DNA of 50,217 nt from Lysobacterales bacterium (GTDB lineage Bacteria; Pseudomonadota; Gammaproteobacteria; Xanthomonadales; S139-57): contig WFUE01000115.1 of assembly GCA_015485125.1 (NCBI GenBank), positions 1-50,217 of the forward strand, in the 5' to 3' direction. The notes under the pieces are model-generated. The model was not told the origin of the DNA, did not search any database, and was given only the letters and a program-made list of their open reading frames with translations. This document shows, piece by piece, positions 9,614 to 18,248 of this stretch. Within the stretch, counting starts at the first letter, position 1. Each line of letters opens with the position of its first letter. Both the position numbers and the translations under genes were made by a program.

Positions 9614-10329
9614 GAGGTTCGTTTTTTCATCCATAACCAAAGGCCGATGCCGGCCAATACGGCAGCCATGCTAAACCACTGAAAAGCATAGCCACGATGT
9701 TTTTCCGGCGGCATGGTTGCTGGTTTCCAGTGCGGAACCGCCGTCTGAACCACGGGCCGATCTGCCAGCAGAATCCGTGGTGCCACAGGCTGCTGCAGAC
9801 GCTGTTGCAGGGATGACGCATCCACATAAGGGGATGACCAAATATCCGCCTCTGGCGACACGCCGGCAAAGGGCTCGCCCAGCACCATGCCTGGGCGGGG
9901 ATACTCATCCACGCGACCTATTACAGCCACCTCGCCGGAGGGCACCTTCACCGATACAGGCGGTTGGGCCACCCAACCCTGGTTGACCAGCACCATGGGC
10001 CCTTGTTTCGGCTGAAAAAGCAGCATCAGGTCGAAGCCCGGCCTTTCATCAACAAACCGGTTTTCCAGCAAAATCACCGGCCTTTGTCGCCATCGCCCAT
10101 GGAGCTGTATGGTCTGGTAGCGGGGCAGTTGAACCAACGACTCACTTCCCTGCAACGGGTACACTTGCTTTTGGCCACGGGCGAAATCCTGTAACAGGGT
10201 CTCTTTCTCCCGGGCACGTTGCAGCTGCCAGAACCCAAGGCGGACCATCAGCGCAATCATCAGCAGGATCAATACCACCGGGAGGATGGCACCCCGTGGC
10301 CTTTCTGCTATGCTCGCTGAAGTTTTCAA
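9610..10329 (-). CDS. SURF1-family cytochrome oxidase assembly protein
   Basis: SURF1 signature: TM helix followed by LGFWQLQRAREKE, and a C-terminal RGYAFQWFSMAAV TM helix. The long ORF 9610..10644 runs antisense through the DUF2909 gene. I therefore place the start at TTG 10329 (MKTSASIAERPRGAILPVVLILL...). The start is uncertain. Confidence 0.75.
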   Translation of the reverse strand: MKTSASIAERPRGAILPVVLILLMIALMVRLGFWQLQRAREKETLLQDFARGQKQVYPLQGSESLVQLPRYQTIQLHGRWRQRPVILLENRFVDERPGFDLMLLFQPKQGPMVLVNQGWVAQPPVSVKVPSGEVAVIGRVDEYPRPGMVLGEPFAGVSPEADIWSSPYVDASSLQQRLQQPVAPRILLADRPVVQTAVPHWKPATMPPEKHRGYAFQWFSMAAVLAGIGLWLWMKKRTS

Positions 10330-10347
10330 GTGATTACAGGTGCCGCC

Positions 10348-10566
10348 ATGGCCAGAATCATCATTGTGCTCATGTTTTTGACCATTATCTACAATCTGGC
10401 TGTTGGCTTTCGTCATATTGTCATGGAAAAGGATAGCGGCACGACGGGTGTGCGTGCACTGACCCGTCGCATTCTGCTTTCTTTCGTCTTGATCGGCCTG
10501 ATCATGCTGGCCGTGGGCATGGGCTGGATCCAGCCCCACGGAGTCATCCCGCAGACCGCGGGATGA
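10348..10566 (+). CDS. Twin-transmembrane-helix small protein (DUF2909 family)
   Basis: 72 aa: MARIIIVLMFLTIIYNLAVGF...LLSFVLIGLIMLAVGMGW. Two hydrophobic helices. It is on the opposite strand inside the cox cluster, an arrangement I recall from other proteobacterial cox loci. Confidence 0.65.
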   Translation: MARIIIVLMFLTIIYNLAVGFRHIVMEKDSGTTGVRALTRRILLSFVLIGLIMLAVGMGWIQPHGVIPQTAG

Positions 10567-10580
10567 CCGCTTCCAGTAAT

Positions 10581-11444
10581 TTACAGCACGTATACGAAGA
10601 TAAACAGTCCCAGCCAGACCACGTCCACAAAGTGCCAGTACCATGCCACCGCCTCGAAGGCAAAGTGGTTTTCCGGGGTGAAATGACCCTTGGCGGCGCG
10701 GAAGGTAATGACGATGAGCATGATGGTACCCAGGGTCACATGCAGTCCGTGAAATCCGGTGAGCATGAAGAAAGTCGAACCGTAAATTCCTGAAGACAAT
10801 GTCAGGTTCAGTTCATTATAGGCTTCCATGTATTCATGAGCCTGGAAGTAGAGGAAGATTGCGCCCAGTGCCACCGTCGCAGCCAGCCAGACGACCTGCT
10901 GGAGTTGCTTCTGCTTCTTCACCGCCCAGTGCGCGAGGGTGATGGTCAGGCCCGAGGTCAAAAGAATCAGTGTATTCAGAAAGGGCACGCCCCAGGCCGG
11001 AATGGTTTCAAAATCGCCACCAATGCCGGCTGGCCCGTTGCTGGGCCAGGTTGCTTCATAACCATTCCAGAGAATGAAGTTGGTCCACGCACCCGCGCCT
11101 TCACCCCCCAGCCAGGGGATGGAGTACTCACGGGTATAGAACAACGCGCCAAAAAACGCAGCGAAAAACATGACTTCGGAGAAGATGAACCAGGTCATCC
11201 CCATCCGATAGGACACATCGACCTGCTTGCTGTACAGCCCTTTCAGGCTTTCGTGAATCTGGTCGCCAAACCAGCCCCAGAGCATGAAGAGAATGGCCGC
11301 GACGCCGACATAAGCAAGATAGATGCCCCAGTCATGACCATTGAACAGGTTGGCCAGGCCGATGACCAGCGTCATCATTCCAAAGGTACCGACGATGGGC
11401 CAATGGCTGCCATGCGGTACGTAATAGCGTTCTGCAGTTGTCAT
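10581..11444 (-). CDS. coxC: Cytochrome c oxidase subunit III
   Basis: 287 aa, 7 TM helices, with typical HWPIVG..., FFMLTGFHGLHV and WYWHFVDVVW motifs. Confidence 0.95.
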   Translation of the reverse strand: MTTAERYYVPHGSHWPIVGTFGMMTLVIGLANLFNGHDWGIYLAYVGVAAILFMLWGWFGDQIHESLKGLYSKQVDVSYRMGMTWFIFSEVMFFAAFFGALFYTREYSIPWLGGEGAGAWTNFILWNGYEATWPSNGPAGIGGDFETIPAWGVPFLNTLILLTSGLTITLAHWAVKKQKQLQQVVWLAATVALGAIFLYFQAHEYMEAYNELNLTLSSGIYGSTFFMLTGFHGLHVTLGTIMLIVITFRAAKGHFTPENHFAFEAVAWYWHFVDVVWLGLFIFVYVL

Positions 11445-11459
11445 AAAAAATCCCCCGTT

Positions 11460-12044
11460 CTATCCGTTGCCGGGCTGGCCGGCGGTTTGATGTTGATTGG
11501 CCTGTCGGCTTTGTTCGTCGTTCATGAAAAAGGTGTAGGACAAGGTCACTTCCTGGATATCGTCCGGCAGGGCCGGGTCGATGATGAAGCGCAAGGGCAT
11601 GTCCTTGCCTTCGCCCGCTTCCAGCTTTTGTGCCGTGAAGCAGAAACATTCGGTCTTGTTGAAATACAGAGATGCTTCTGCAGGCGCCACACTGGGCACG
11701 GCATTGCCCACGATCGCTTCCACCCCGCGGTTGAAGGCGTGGTAACTGGCCTCGTATACCTGGCCAGGATGCACTTCCATGCTGAACTGATTGGGTCTGA
11801 ACTGCCAGGGCAGGCGACTGTTGACCGTGCCGTCGAAATGTACGGTCACCACACGATTGGGGTCCAACCCCATGCTCTGGATATCCTGTTCACTCACCTG
11901 ACCGGTTTTGCCATTGATCCCCGTGATATTGCAAAACACGGTGTACAACGGCCAGAGAGCAAAACCAAAACCGAACATCAGTACGGCAGCCCAGGTCAGC
12001 TTGCGTACCAGAACCCGGTTGGAATCTTGTTCTTCAGTGGCCAC
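11460..12044 (-). CDS. ctaG: Cytochrome c oxidase assembly protein CtaG/Cox11
   Basis: 194 aa with an N-terminal TM helix, YTVFCNITGING and the CFCF copper motif (NKTECFCFTAQKL). GTG start. Confidence 0.9.
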   Translation of the reverse strand: MATEEQDSNRVLVRKLTWAAVLMFGFGFALWPLYTVFCNITGINGKTGQVSEQDIQSMGLDPNRVVTVHFDGTVNSRLPWQFRPNQFSMEVHPGQVYEASYHAFNRGVEAIVGNAVPSVAPAEASLYFNKTECFCFTAQKLEAGEGKDMPLRFIIDPALPDDIQEVTLSYTFFMNDEQSRQANQHQTAGQPGNG

Positions 12045-12159
12045 TACCCATGACTCCGGTCAAGACAAAACCCAGGTAGAACAGCAGGCTGACCAGTGCC
12101 AGGATCCATACGGTTTTCCTGGCACCGGCCCGCTTCTGCTGCAATTCTTCCTCGTTCAA
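12034..12159 (-). CDS. Small single-TM protein between ctaD and ctaG (cytochrome oxidase small assembly protein type). It is absent from the ORF track, all of whose entries are 60 aa or longer.
   Basis: My translation is (M)NEEELQQKRAGARKTVWILALVSLLFYLGFVLTGVMGSGH*. The TTG start at 12159 has a strong SD (GAGGGAG) 5 nt upstream. An alternative in-frame ATG lies at 12180. The ORF overlaps the ctaG start by 11 nt. Confidence 0.5.
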   Translation of the reverse strand: MNEEELQQKRAGARKTVWILALVSLLFYLGFVLTGVMGSGH

Positions 12160-12169
12160 GCCCGCTCCC

Positions 12170-13777
12170 TCAATGTGCATTGCTGGGATGGGCGATCATG
12201 TCCGGCTTGATTTCCGGCGGTGTTTCAAAGGTGTGGTGCGGAGCGGGAGAGGGAACCGTCCACTCCAGCCCCTTGGCGCCTTCCCATGCCCGGGCTTCCG
12301 CGGGCTTGCCTCCCTTCACCGTTTTCCACACGATGTAGACGAAGAAGATCTGCGCCAGACCAAAGGCAAAGCCACCGATACTGGAAATCATGTTGAATTC
12401 GGCAAACTGTACGGAGTAATCCGGAATACGGCGTGGCATGCCGGCCAGCCCCAGAAAATGCTGCGGGAAGAACAACACATTGACCGCAATGGTGGACCAC
12501 CAGAAATGAATCTTGCCCAGCCGTTCGTCATACATGTGGCCGGTCCATTTCGGCAACCAGTAATACACACCGGCCATGATGGCATAGACCGCACCAGTGA
12601 CCAGCACATAATGGAAGTGAGCCACGACGAAATAGGTGTCGTGATACTGAAAATCCGCCGGCGCGATGGCCAGCATCAGCCCTGAAAAGCCGCCGATGGT
12701 GAACATGATGACAAAGCCGACAGCAAAGAGCATGGGTGTTTCAAAGGTCATCGCGCCTTTCCACATGGTGGCCACCCAGTTGAAGATCTTCACCCCGGTG
12801 GGCACGGCAATCACCATGGTGGCATACATGAAGAACAGCTCGCCTCCCAGCGGCATGCCCACAGTGAACATGTGGTGCGACCAGACGATAAAGGACAGGA
12901 AGGCAATGCTGGCGGAAGCATAGACCATGGATGTGTAGCCGAACAGCGGCTTGCGGCTGAAGGTCGGCAGAATCTCCGAGACCACACCGAAGGCCGGCAG
13001 GATCATGATGTAAACCTCGGGATGACCAAAGAACCAGAAGATGTGCTGGTACATCACCGGGTCACCGCCACCGGCGGCATTGAAGAAGCTGGTGCCAAAG
13101 AACTTGTCGGTCAGCAGCATGGTGACGCCACCGGCCAGCACCGGCATTACCGCGATCAGCAGGAAGGCGGTAATCAGCCAGGTCCAGACAAACAGCGGCA
13201 TGTTGAGCAGATTCATGCCCGGCGCGCGCATGTTCAGAATGGTGGCGATGATGTTGATGGCCCCCATGATGGAGGAAATGCCCAGCAGGTGCACGGCAAA
13301 GATGGCAAAGGCAAAACTGTTGCCACCCTGCAGCACCAGGGGTGGGTATAGCGTCCACCCGGCAGCTGGCGCGCCGCCATCCATGAACAGGGTGGACAGC
13401 AGCATGGTAAAGGCAAAGGGCAGAATCCAGAAACTCCAGTTGTTCATCCGCGGCAGGGCCATGTCCGGCGCGCCGACCATCATCGGAATCATCCAGTTGG
13501 CTAGGCCGACGAAGGCCGGCATGACCGCCCCGAAGACCATGATCAAGGCATGCATGGTGGTCATCTGGTTGAAGAAGGCCGGGTCCACCAACTGCATGCC
13601 GGGCATGAACAGCTCGGCGCGGATCACCATGGCCATGGCGCCACCGATGATGAACATGGTCAGCGAAAAGACCAGATACAGCGTGCCAATGTCCTTGTGA
13701 TTGGTGGTAAACAGCCAGCGGTCGAGAAAACCTTCCGGCTTGTGGTCGTGCCCTTCGGCATGTGCTACAGAACTCAT
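12170..13777 (-). CDS. ctaD: Cytochrome c oxidase subunit I (aa3-type)
   Basis: 535 aa, with canonical heme-copper oxidase motifs (WFFGHPEVYI, HHMFTVG, VAHFHYV). Confidence 0.97.
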   Translation of the reverse strand: MSSVAHAEGHDHKPEGFLDRWLFTTNHKDIGTLYLVFSLTMFIIGGAMAMVIRAELFMPGMQLVDPAFFNQMTTMHALIMVFGAVMPAFVGLANWMIPMMVGAPDMALPRMNNWSFWILPFAFTMLLSTLFMDGGAPAAGWTLYPPLVLQGGNSFAFAIFAVHLLGISSIMGAINIIATILNMRAPGMNLLNMPLFVWTWLITAFLLIAVMPVLAGGVTMLLTDKFFGTSFFNAAGGGDPVMYQHIFWFFGHPEVYIMILPAFGVVSEILPTFSRKPLFGYTSMVYASASIAFLSFIVWSHHMFTVGMPLGGELFFMYATMVIAVPTGVKIFNWVATMWKGAMTFETPMLFAVGFVIMFTIGGFSGLMLAIAPADFQYHDTYFVVAHFHYVLVTGAVYAIMAGVYYWLPKWTGHMYDERLGKIHFWWSTIAVNVLFFPQHFLGLAGMPRRIPDYSVQFAEFNMISSIGGFAFGLAQIFFVYIVWKTVKGGKPAEARAWEGAKGLEWTVPSPAPHHTFETPPEIKPDMIAHPSNAH

Positions 13778-13788
13778 GTCAAACCCCC

Positions 13789-14616
13789 TCAGGATTGGTC
13801 AGCAATGGGTTGAACCCGGCCAGCCACGGCAGATTTCTTCTGCTCGGCCACCCAGGCTTCGAATTCTTCCGGCGTCACCGCCTTGATCACGATGGGCATG
13901 AAGCCATGGTCGCGGCCACACAATTCGGCACACTGCCCCCGGTAGATGCCCGGTTTCTCGATCTTGGTCCAGGCTTCATTGACAAAACCCGGAATGGCAT
14001 CCCGCTTCCAGCCCAGGGCCGGCACCCACCAGGAGTGGATGACATCATCGGCCGTCAGCAGGAACTTGACCTGCTTGCCTACAGGCAATACCAGTGGATG
14101 ATCTACATTGAGCAGATAATCCTTGACCTGCGAGGGGTCTTCACCCGACTTCAACTGACGCACACGGTTGCTTTCGGCATCCAGACTGCTGATGAAACTG
14201 ACATCCTCGTTGAGATAGTCATAGCGCCAGCGCCACTGGAAACCGGTAACCTTGACGATCAGGTCTGCCTTGTCCCTGGGCGCTTCCATGGTGATCAGGG
14301 CCTTGGTGGCCGGATAGGCCATATACACCAGGATCAGGATGGGAATGATGGTCCACACAATCTCCGCCGTGGTGGAGTGGGAAAACTGCGCGGGCTGGGC
14401 TCCCTTGGATTTGCGGTGCGCGATCATCGAATAGATCATCACACCGAAGACCAGTACACCAATGGCCACGCAGATCCACAGGATTTTCATGTGCAGGCCA
14501 TAAGCGATCTGGCTGAACTCCGTCACGCCTGGCGTCATGTTCAGGCCGTATTCGGCCCAGGCACCCGTACTGGCCAGCAACAATCCCAACGCCGCCATCA
14601 TTTTCAGGTTTTTCAT
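13789..14616 (-). CDS. coxB: Cytochrome c oxidase subunit II (CuA), without a fused cytochrome c domain
   Basis: 275 aa with a signal peptide and two TM helices. CuA site: DVIHSWWVPALG...CAELCGRDHGFMP. SD GGGGGGA lies upstream of the ATG. Confidence 0.95.
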   Translation of the reverse strand: MKNLKMMAALGLLLASTGAWAEYGLNMTPGVTEFSQIAYGLHMKILWICVAIGVLVFGVMIYSMIAHRKSKGAQPAQFSHSTTAEIVWTIIPILILVYMAYPATKALITMEAPRDKADLIVKVTGFQWRWRYDYLNEDVSFISSLDAESNRVRQLKSGEDPSQVKDYLLNVDHPLVLPVGKQVKFLLTADDVIHSWWVPALGWKRDAIPGFVNEAWTKIEKPGIYRGQCAELCGRDHGFMPIVIKAVTPEEFEAWVAEQKKSAVAGRVQPIADQS

Positions 14617-14631
14617 TCAATCCCCCCGTTC

Positions 14632-14645
14632 TTGATTTGAATCAA
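14632..14645. promoter_or_regulatory. Perfect FNR/ANR-type box TTGAT-N4-ATCAA
   Basis: TTGATTTGAATCAA read directly. It lies 16 bp from the coxB ATG. On the plus strand, TAATAT (14668-14673) places a TSS near 14680, which puts the box centre at -41.5. Confidence 0.55.
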
Positions 14646-14970
14646 ATCTCTATACTTGACAGACTTCTAATATTAGCCAATACTTATTAGCTTAAGCCAA
14701 CGTCCAACTTACAAACGGCACCCATCTTATTCCATTGCCGCGCGTTCCATCAAGGTTTTTTCCCCTGTCCTACCTGCGCACTTCATCCCCTTGTCGCGCT
14801 GGTTTTTTAAGGGCAACTCATGCAGAATGCACCATCTATTACTGATGGGGTAGTTCGATCCCATTGAACACACCCCCAATGCCCCGGATCATCTTGCCAA
14901 TATTGCGGCAAACCGGCCCGATCATCACGGCCCGCCCCATTGCGGCAAGAGACAAGCTGTGGAGACCTTC

Positions 14971-17900
14971 ATGACTGTTTTCAGCCAGCGTCCCTTTGTT
15001 TTTTCTACCCTGCCCTGGAATGCGGACCATCTACGCATTCACCAGCACTATCTGGAGGATGAGAGCCGCGTGGTACGCAGGCTGCTGGCCCGTCTGTCCG
15101 GGTACCCGGGTGAAGCCATTCATGCACTGGCCTACCATCTGGTGGAGCAGGTACGCCAGCACAAGGATGAACAATCCCCGCTGGATGCCTTCATGCAGGA
15201 ATACGACCTCTCGTCGGAAGAAGGCGTCTTGCTGATGTGCATTGCCGAATCCCTGCTGCGCATACCCGATGCGGACACGGCCGATGCCCTGATCCAGGAC
15301 AAGCTCGGCTCGGCCCGCTGGGAAAAACATGTGGGCCAGTCCGATTCACTCCTGGTCAATGCCTCCACCTGGGGCCTCATGCTCACGGGCAAGATGGTTC
15401 AGCAGCCCGTGCTGACTCGCAGGGGTTTGAAGGAGCAACTGAACGCATTAATTACCCGCACCGGTGAGCCGGTGGTGCGCATGGCCATTCGCCAGGCGAT
15501 GAAAATCATGGCGCACCAGTTCGTCATGGGCCGCACCATCAAGGAGGCGCTCAAACGCAGCCGCAGCAAGGCCGAACGCAACTATCGCCATTCCTTCGAC
15601 ATGCTGGGAGAAGCGGCGCTGACACACGCGGATGCCCTGCGCTACGCCGCCGCCTACCACGACGCCATCGATGCCATCGGCAAACAGCTGGACCCGGACA
15701 GTGATCTCATGGAGCGGCCTTCCATTTCCATCAAGCTTTCGGCCCTGCACCCACGCTACGAATTCAGCCAGCGTGATCGTGTACTGAAGGAACTGGGCAA
15801 GACCCTGCTGGAATTGGTGGAACATGCGCGCAAGCGGGGCGTGCCGGTCACCATCGACGCGGAGGAAGCCGACCGGCTGGCCCTGTCGCTGGAACTGTTC
15901 GAACAGGCGCTCGAGCACACTACATCGCATCAGTGGAATGGCCTGGGCCTGGCGGTACAGGCCTATCAGAAACGGGCCCTCGCCGTACTGGAATGGCTGC
16001 AGGGCCTGGCCGCCGACAAGCAATGCCAAATTCCCGTACGGCTGGTGAAAGGCGCGTACTGGGACAGCGAAATCAAGCACTGCCAGGAACTGGGACTGGA
16101 AGGCTACCCGGTATTCACCCGCAAGATCAACACCGATGTCTCCTATCTGGCCTGTGCCCGCTATCTGCTGCAGCACCGGGCGCAGTTCTACCCACAATTC
16201 GCCACCCACAATGCCCACACCATTGCCGCCATCCACCATCTTGCCGGGGATGTCAGGGGCTATGAATACCAGCGGCTGCACGGCATGGGCCGCATTCTCT
16301 ATGATCAGGTGATCGGCCCGGATCAACTGCAAGTGCCTTGCAGGGTCTATGCGCCCGTGGGTTCTCACGAGGATCTGCTGCCCTATCTGGTCCGGCGGTT
16401 GCTGGAAAACGGTGCCAACTCCAGCTTCGTCAACCGGGTAGTGGATGAAAGCCTGCCCATCGATGCGGTGATCGAAGACCCGGTTCAGGCCGTGGAAGGG
16501 CTGGATGAAATCCCCAATCCGGCCATCCCGTTGCCCGTGGACCTGTTTGGTGGTTTTCGTCGCAACTCCCAGGGCATTCACTGGGCAGACCCCAATGTGC
16601 AACAGCATTGGAAAGGCATGCTGGAAGCCCTGCCTGTGGAAAAGCTCAAGATCCAGCCCATCACCGCCCTGTGCAAGCCTGAGCATTTTGCCCCCCCCAG
16701 CCCCATCACCAGCCCCGTTGAACAGGATCGACTCGGCTACTGGCAGGCACCGGACGAACACTGCCTCGAACACTGTGTTCAGCGGGCCTTTCAGGCACAA
16801 CCGGCCTGGGATCGTACCCCCTGGAATGAGCGCGCCGCCATGCTGGAAAAAGTGGCAGACATGCTGGAAGAACAGGCTGCACGATTTATCCGCCTCTGTT
16901 GTGACGAGGCCGGCAAAACCCTGGCCGATGGCACGGCGGAAGTGCGTGAAGCCGCGGATTTTTGCCGCTACTACGCGGCCATGGCCCGGCAGGAACTGGC
17001 CGAACCCCAATACCTGCCCGGCCCCACGGGGGAATCCAACCGGCTGAGCTTTCATGGCCGCGGTGTCTTTCTCTGCATCAGCCCGTGGAACTTCCCGCTG
17101 GCCATTTTCACCGGTCAGGTGGCAGCCGCGCTGGTCACCGGCAATACCGTACTGGCCAAGCCGGCCGAACAGACCACGGCCACCGCCGCCCGTGCGGTGG
17201 AATTGTTTCATCAGGCCGGCATCCCGCGCGAGGTGCTGCAACTGATACCCGGCACGGGCGAGCAGGTCGGGCAATTCCTGACCGCGCACCCCCGGATCGC
17301 CGGTGTCGCCTTCACCGGCTCCACAGAAACCGCGCGCGCCATCAACCGCGCGCTGGCTCAACGGGATGCCCCCATTGCCACCCTGATTGCCGAAACCGGC
17401 GGGCAAAATGCCATGCTGGTGGACAGTTCCGCCCTGCCGGAACAGGTAGTCAAGGATGTGATGCAATCGGCTTTCGGCAGCAGCGGCCAGCGCTGTTCCG
17501 CCCTGCGGGTGCTGTTTCTGCAGCAGGAAATCGCCGACCGGACCATCGAACTGCTACAGGGTGCCATGGCCACCCTGCGCGGAGGCGACCCGGCCCTGCT
17601 GCACACGGATTTTGGCCCGGTCATCGATCAGGACGCCCGGAACATGCTTCAGGCCCACATCCGGCGCATGGAACAGGAAGCCACACTGATCGCACGCGCG
17701 CCCCAAGTCCATCTTCCCGGCCACTTCGTACTTCCGCATGCGTTCGAGCTGCCATCGCTGGACAGTCTGAAACGAGAGGTTTTTGGTCCGATCCTGCATG
17801 TGATCCGTTATCGCGCAGAAGATCTGGATGCAGTCATCGATCAGGTCAATGCCACCGGCTACGGGCTGACCCTGGGCGTGCATTCACGCATAGAGGCCCG

Positions 17901-18129
17901 CTATCACCATGTGCAATCCCGCTGCAAGACCGGCAATTGCTATGTCAATCGCAACATGATCGGTGCCATGGTCGGGGTGCAACCCTTTGGCGGCGAAGGC
18001 TTGTCCGGCACCGGCCCCAAGGCCGGCGGCCCCCATTACCTGCACCGGTTCATTACCGAACGCACCCTGACCATCAACACGGCGGCCATTGGAGGAAATG
18101 CTACACTGTTGAGCCTGAACAACAGCTAG
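14971..18129 (+). CDS. putA: Bifunctional proline dehydrogenase / L-glutamate-gamma-semialdehyde dehydrogenase PutA; short form without a recognisable N-terminal DNA-binding domain
   Basis: About 1052 aa. The PRODH barrel is followed by an ALDH domain (FTGSTETA..., ETGGQNAMLVD, SAFGSSGQRCSALR). I prefer ATG 14971 because it has a GGAG SD. An alternative GTG lies at 14959. Confidence 0.92.
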   Translation: MTVFSQRPFVFSTLPWNADHLRIHQHYLEDESRVVRRLLARLSGYPGEAIHALAYHLVEQVRQHKDEQSPLDAFMQEYDLSSEEGVLLMCIAESLLRIPDADTADALIQDKLGSARWEKHVGQSDSLLVNASTWGLMLTGKMVQQPVLTRRGLKEQLNALITRTGEPVVRMAIRQAMKIMAHQFVMGRTIKEALKRSRSKAERNYRHSFDMLGEAALTHADALRYAAAYHDAIDAIGKQLDPDSDLMERPSISIKLSALHPRYEFSQRDRVLKELGKTLLELVEHARKRGVPVTIDAEEADRLALSLELFEQALEHTTSHQWNGLGLAVQAYQKRALAVLEWLQGLAADKQCQIPVRLVKGAYWDSEIKHCQELGLEGYPVFTRKINTDVSYLACARYLLQHRAQFYPQFATHNAHTIAAIHHLAGDVRGYEYQRLHGMGRILYDQVIGPDQLQVPCRVYAPVGSHEDLLPYLVRRLLENGANSSFVNRVVDESLPIDAVIEDPVQAVEGLDEIPNPAIPLPVDLFGGFRRNSQGIHWADPNVQQHWKGMLEALPVEKLKIQPITALCKPEHFAPPSPITSPVEQDRLGYWQAPDEHCLEHCVQRAFQAQPAWDRTPWNERAAMLEKVADMLEEQAARFIRLCCDEAGKTLADGTAEVREAADFCRYYAAMARQELAEPQYLPGPTGESNRLSFHGRGVFLCISPWNFPLAIFTGQVAAALVTGNTVLAKPAEQTTATAARAVELFHQAGIPREVLQLIPGTGEQVGQFLTAHPRIAGVAFTGSTETARAINRALAQRDAPIATLIAETGGQNAMLVDSSALPEQVVKDVMQSAFGSSGQRCSALRVLFLQQEIADRTIELLQGAMATLRGGDPALLHTDFGPVIDQDARNMLQAHIRRMEQEATLIARAPQVHLPGHFVLPHAFELPSLDSLKREVFGPILHVIRYRAEDLDAVIDQVNATGYGLTLGVHSRIEARYHHVQSRCKTGNCYVNRNMIGAMVGVQPFGGEGLSGTGPKAGGPHYLHRFITERTLTINTAAIGGNATLLSLNNS

Positions 18130-18248
18130 CACCAGACCCCATGAAACCGTTGACCCCCCAGCTGGCCAAAGTCATCCAATCCGGCATCCGCGCCGTTGCA
18201 GCTGATGGCCAGACTGCCAGGGATCACGGTTGAGTCAGGAGGCATAGC

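Noticed and set aside
14680-14808. Possible FNR-activated small RNA (FnrS-like) running from the predicted class II promoter to T-runs at 14756-14761 and 14803-14808.
   Set aside because: Neither T-run is preceded by a convincing GC-rich hairpin. The best stems are 5-6 bp with mismatches and 15-16-nt loops. The transcript, if real, is more simply a putA leader. It is kept only as a note under the FNR-box finding.
14844-14864. tRNA T-arm-like string GATGGGGTAGTTCGATCCCAT, a possible tRNA gene or att-site remnant.
   Set aside because: The loop length is wrong for a T-arm. No complementary acceptor 5' strand and no D or anticodon arm can be drawn upstream. No integrase or other island signature is nearby.
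14839-15030. 63-aa minus-strand ORF spanning the putA start region.
   Set aside because: It overlaps the putA start and SD. It has no SD of its own and its sequence is featureless.
18142-18234. 30-aa ORF (MKPLTPQLAKVIQSGIRAVAADGQTARDHG) in the putA-gspA spacer.
   Set aside because: It has no Shine-Dalgarno sequence, no hydrophobic or otherwise recognisable features, and is just the tail of a long shadow ORF. It cannot be supported from sequence alone.
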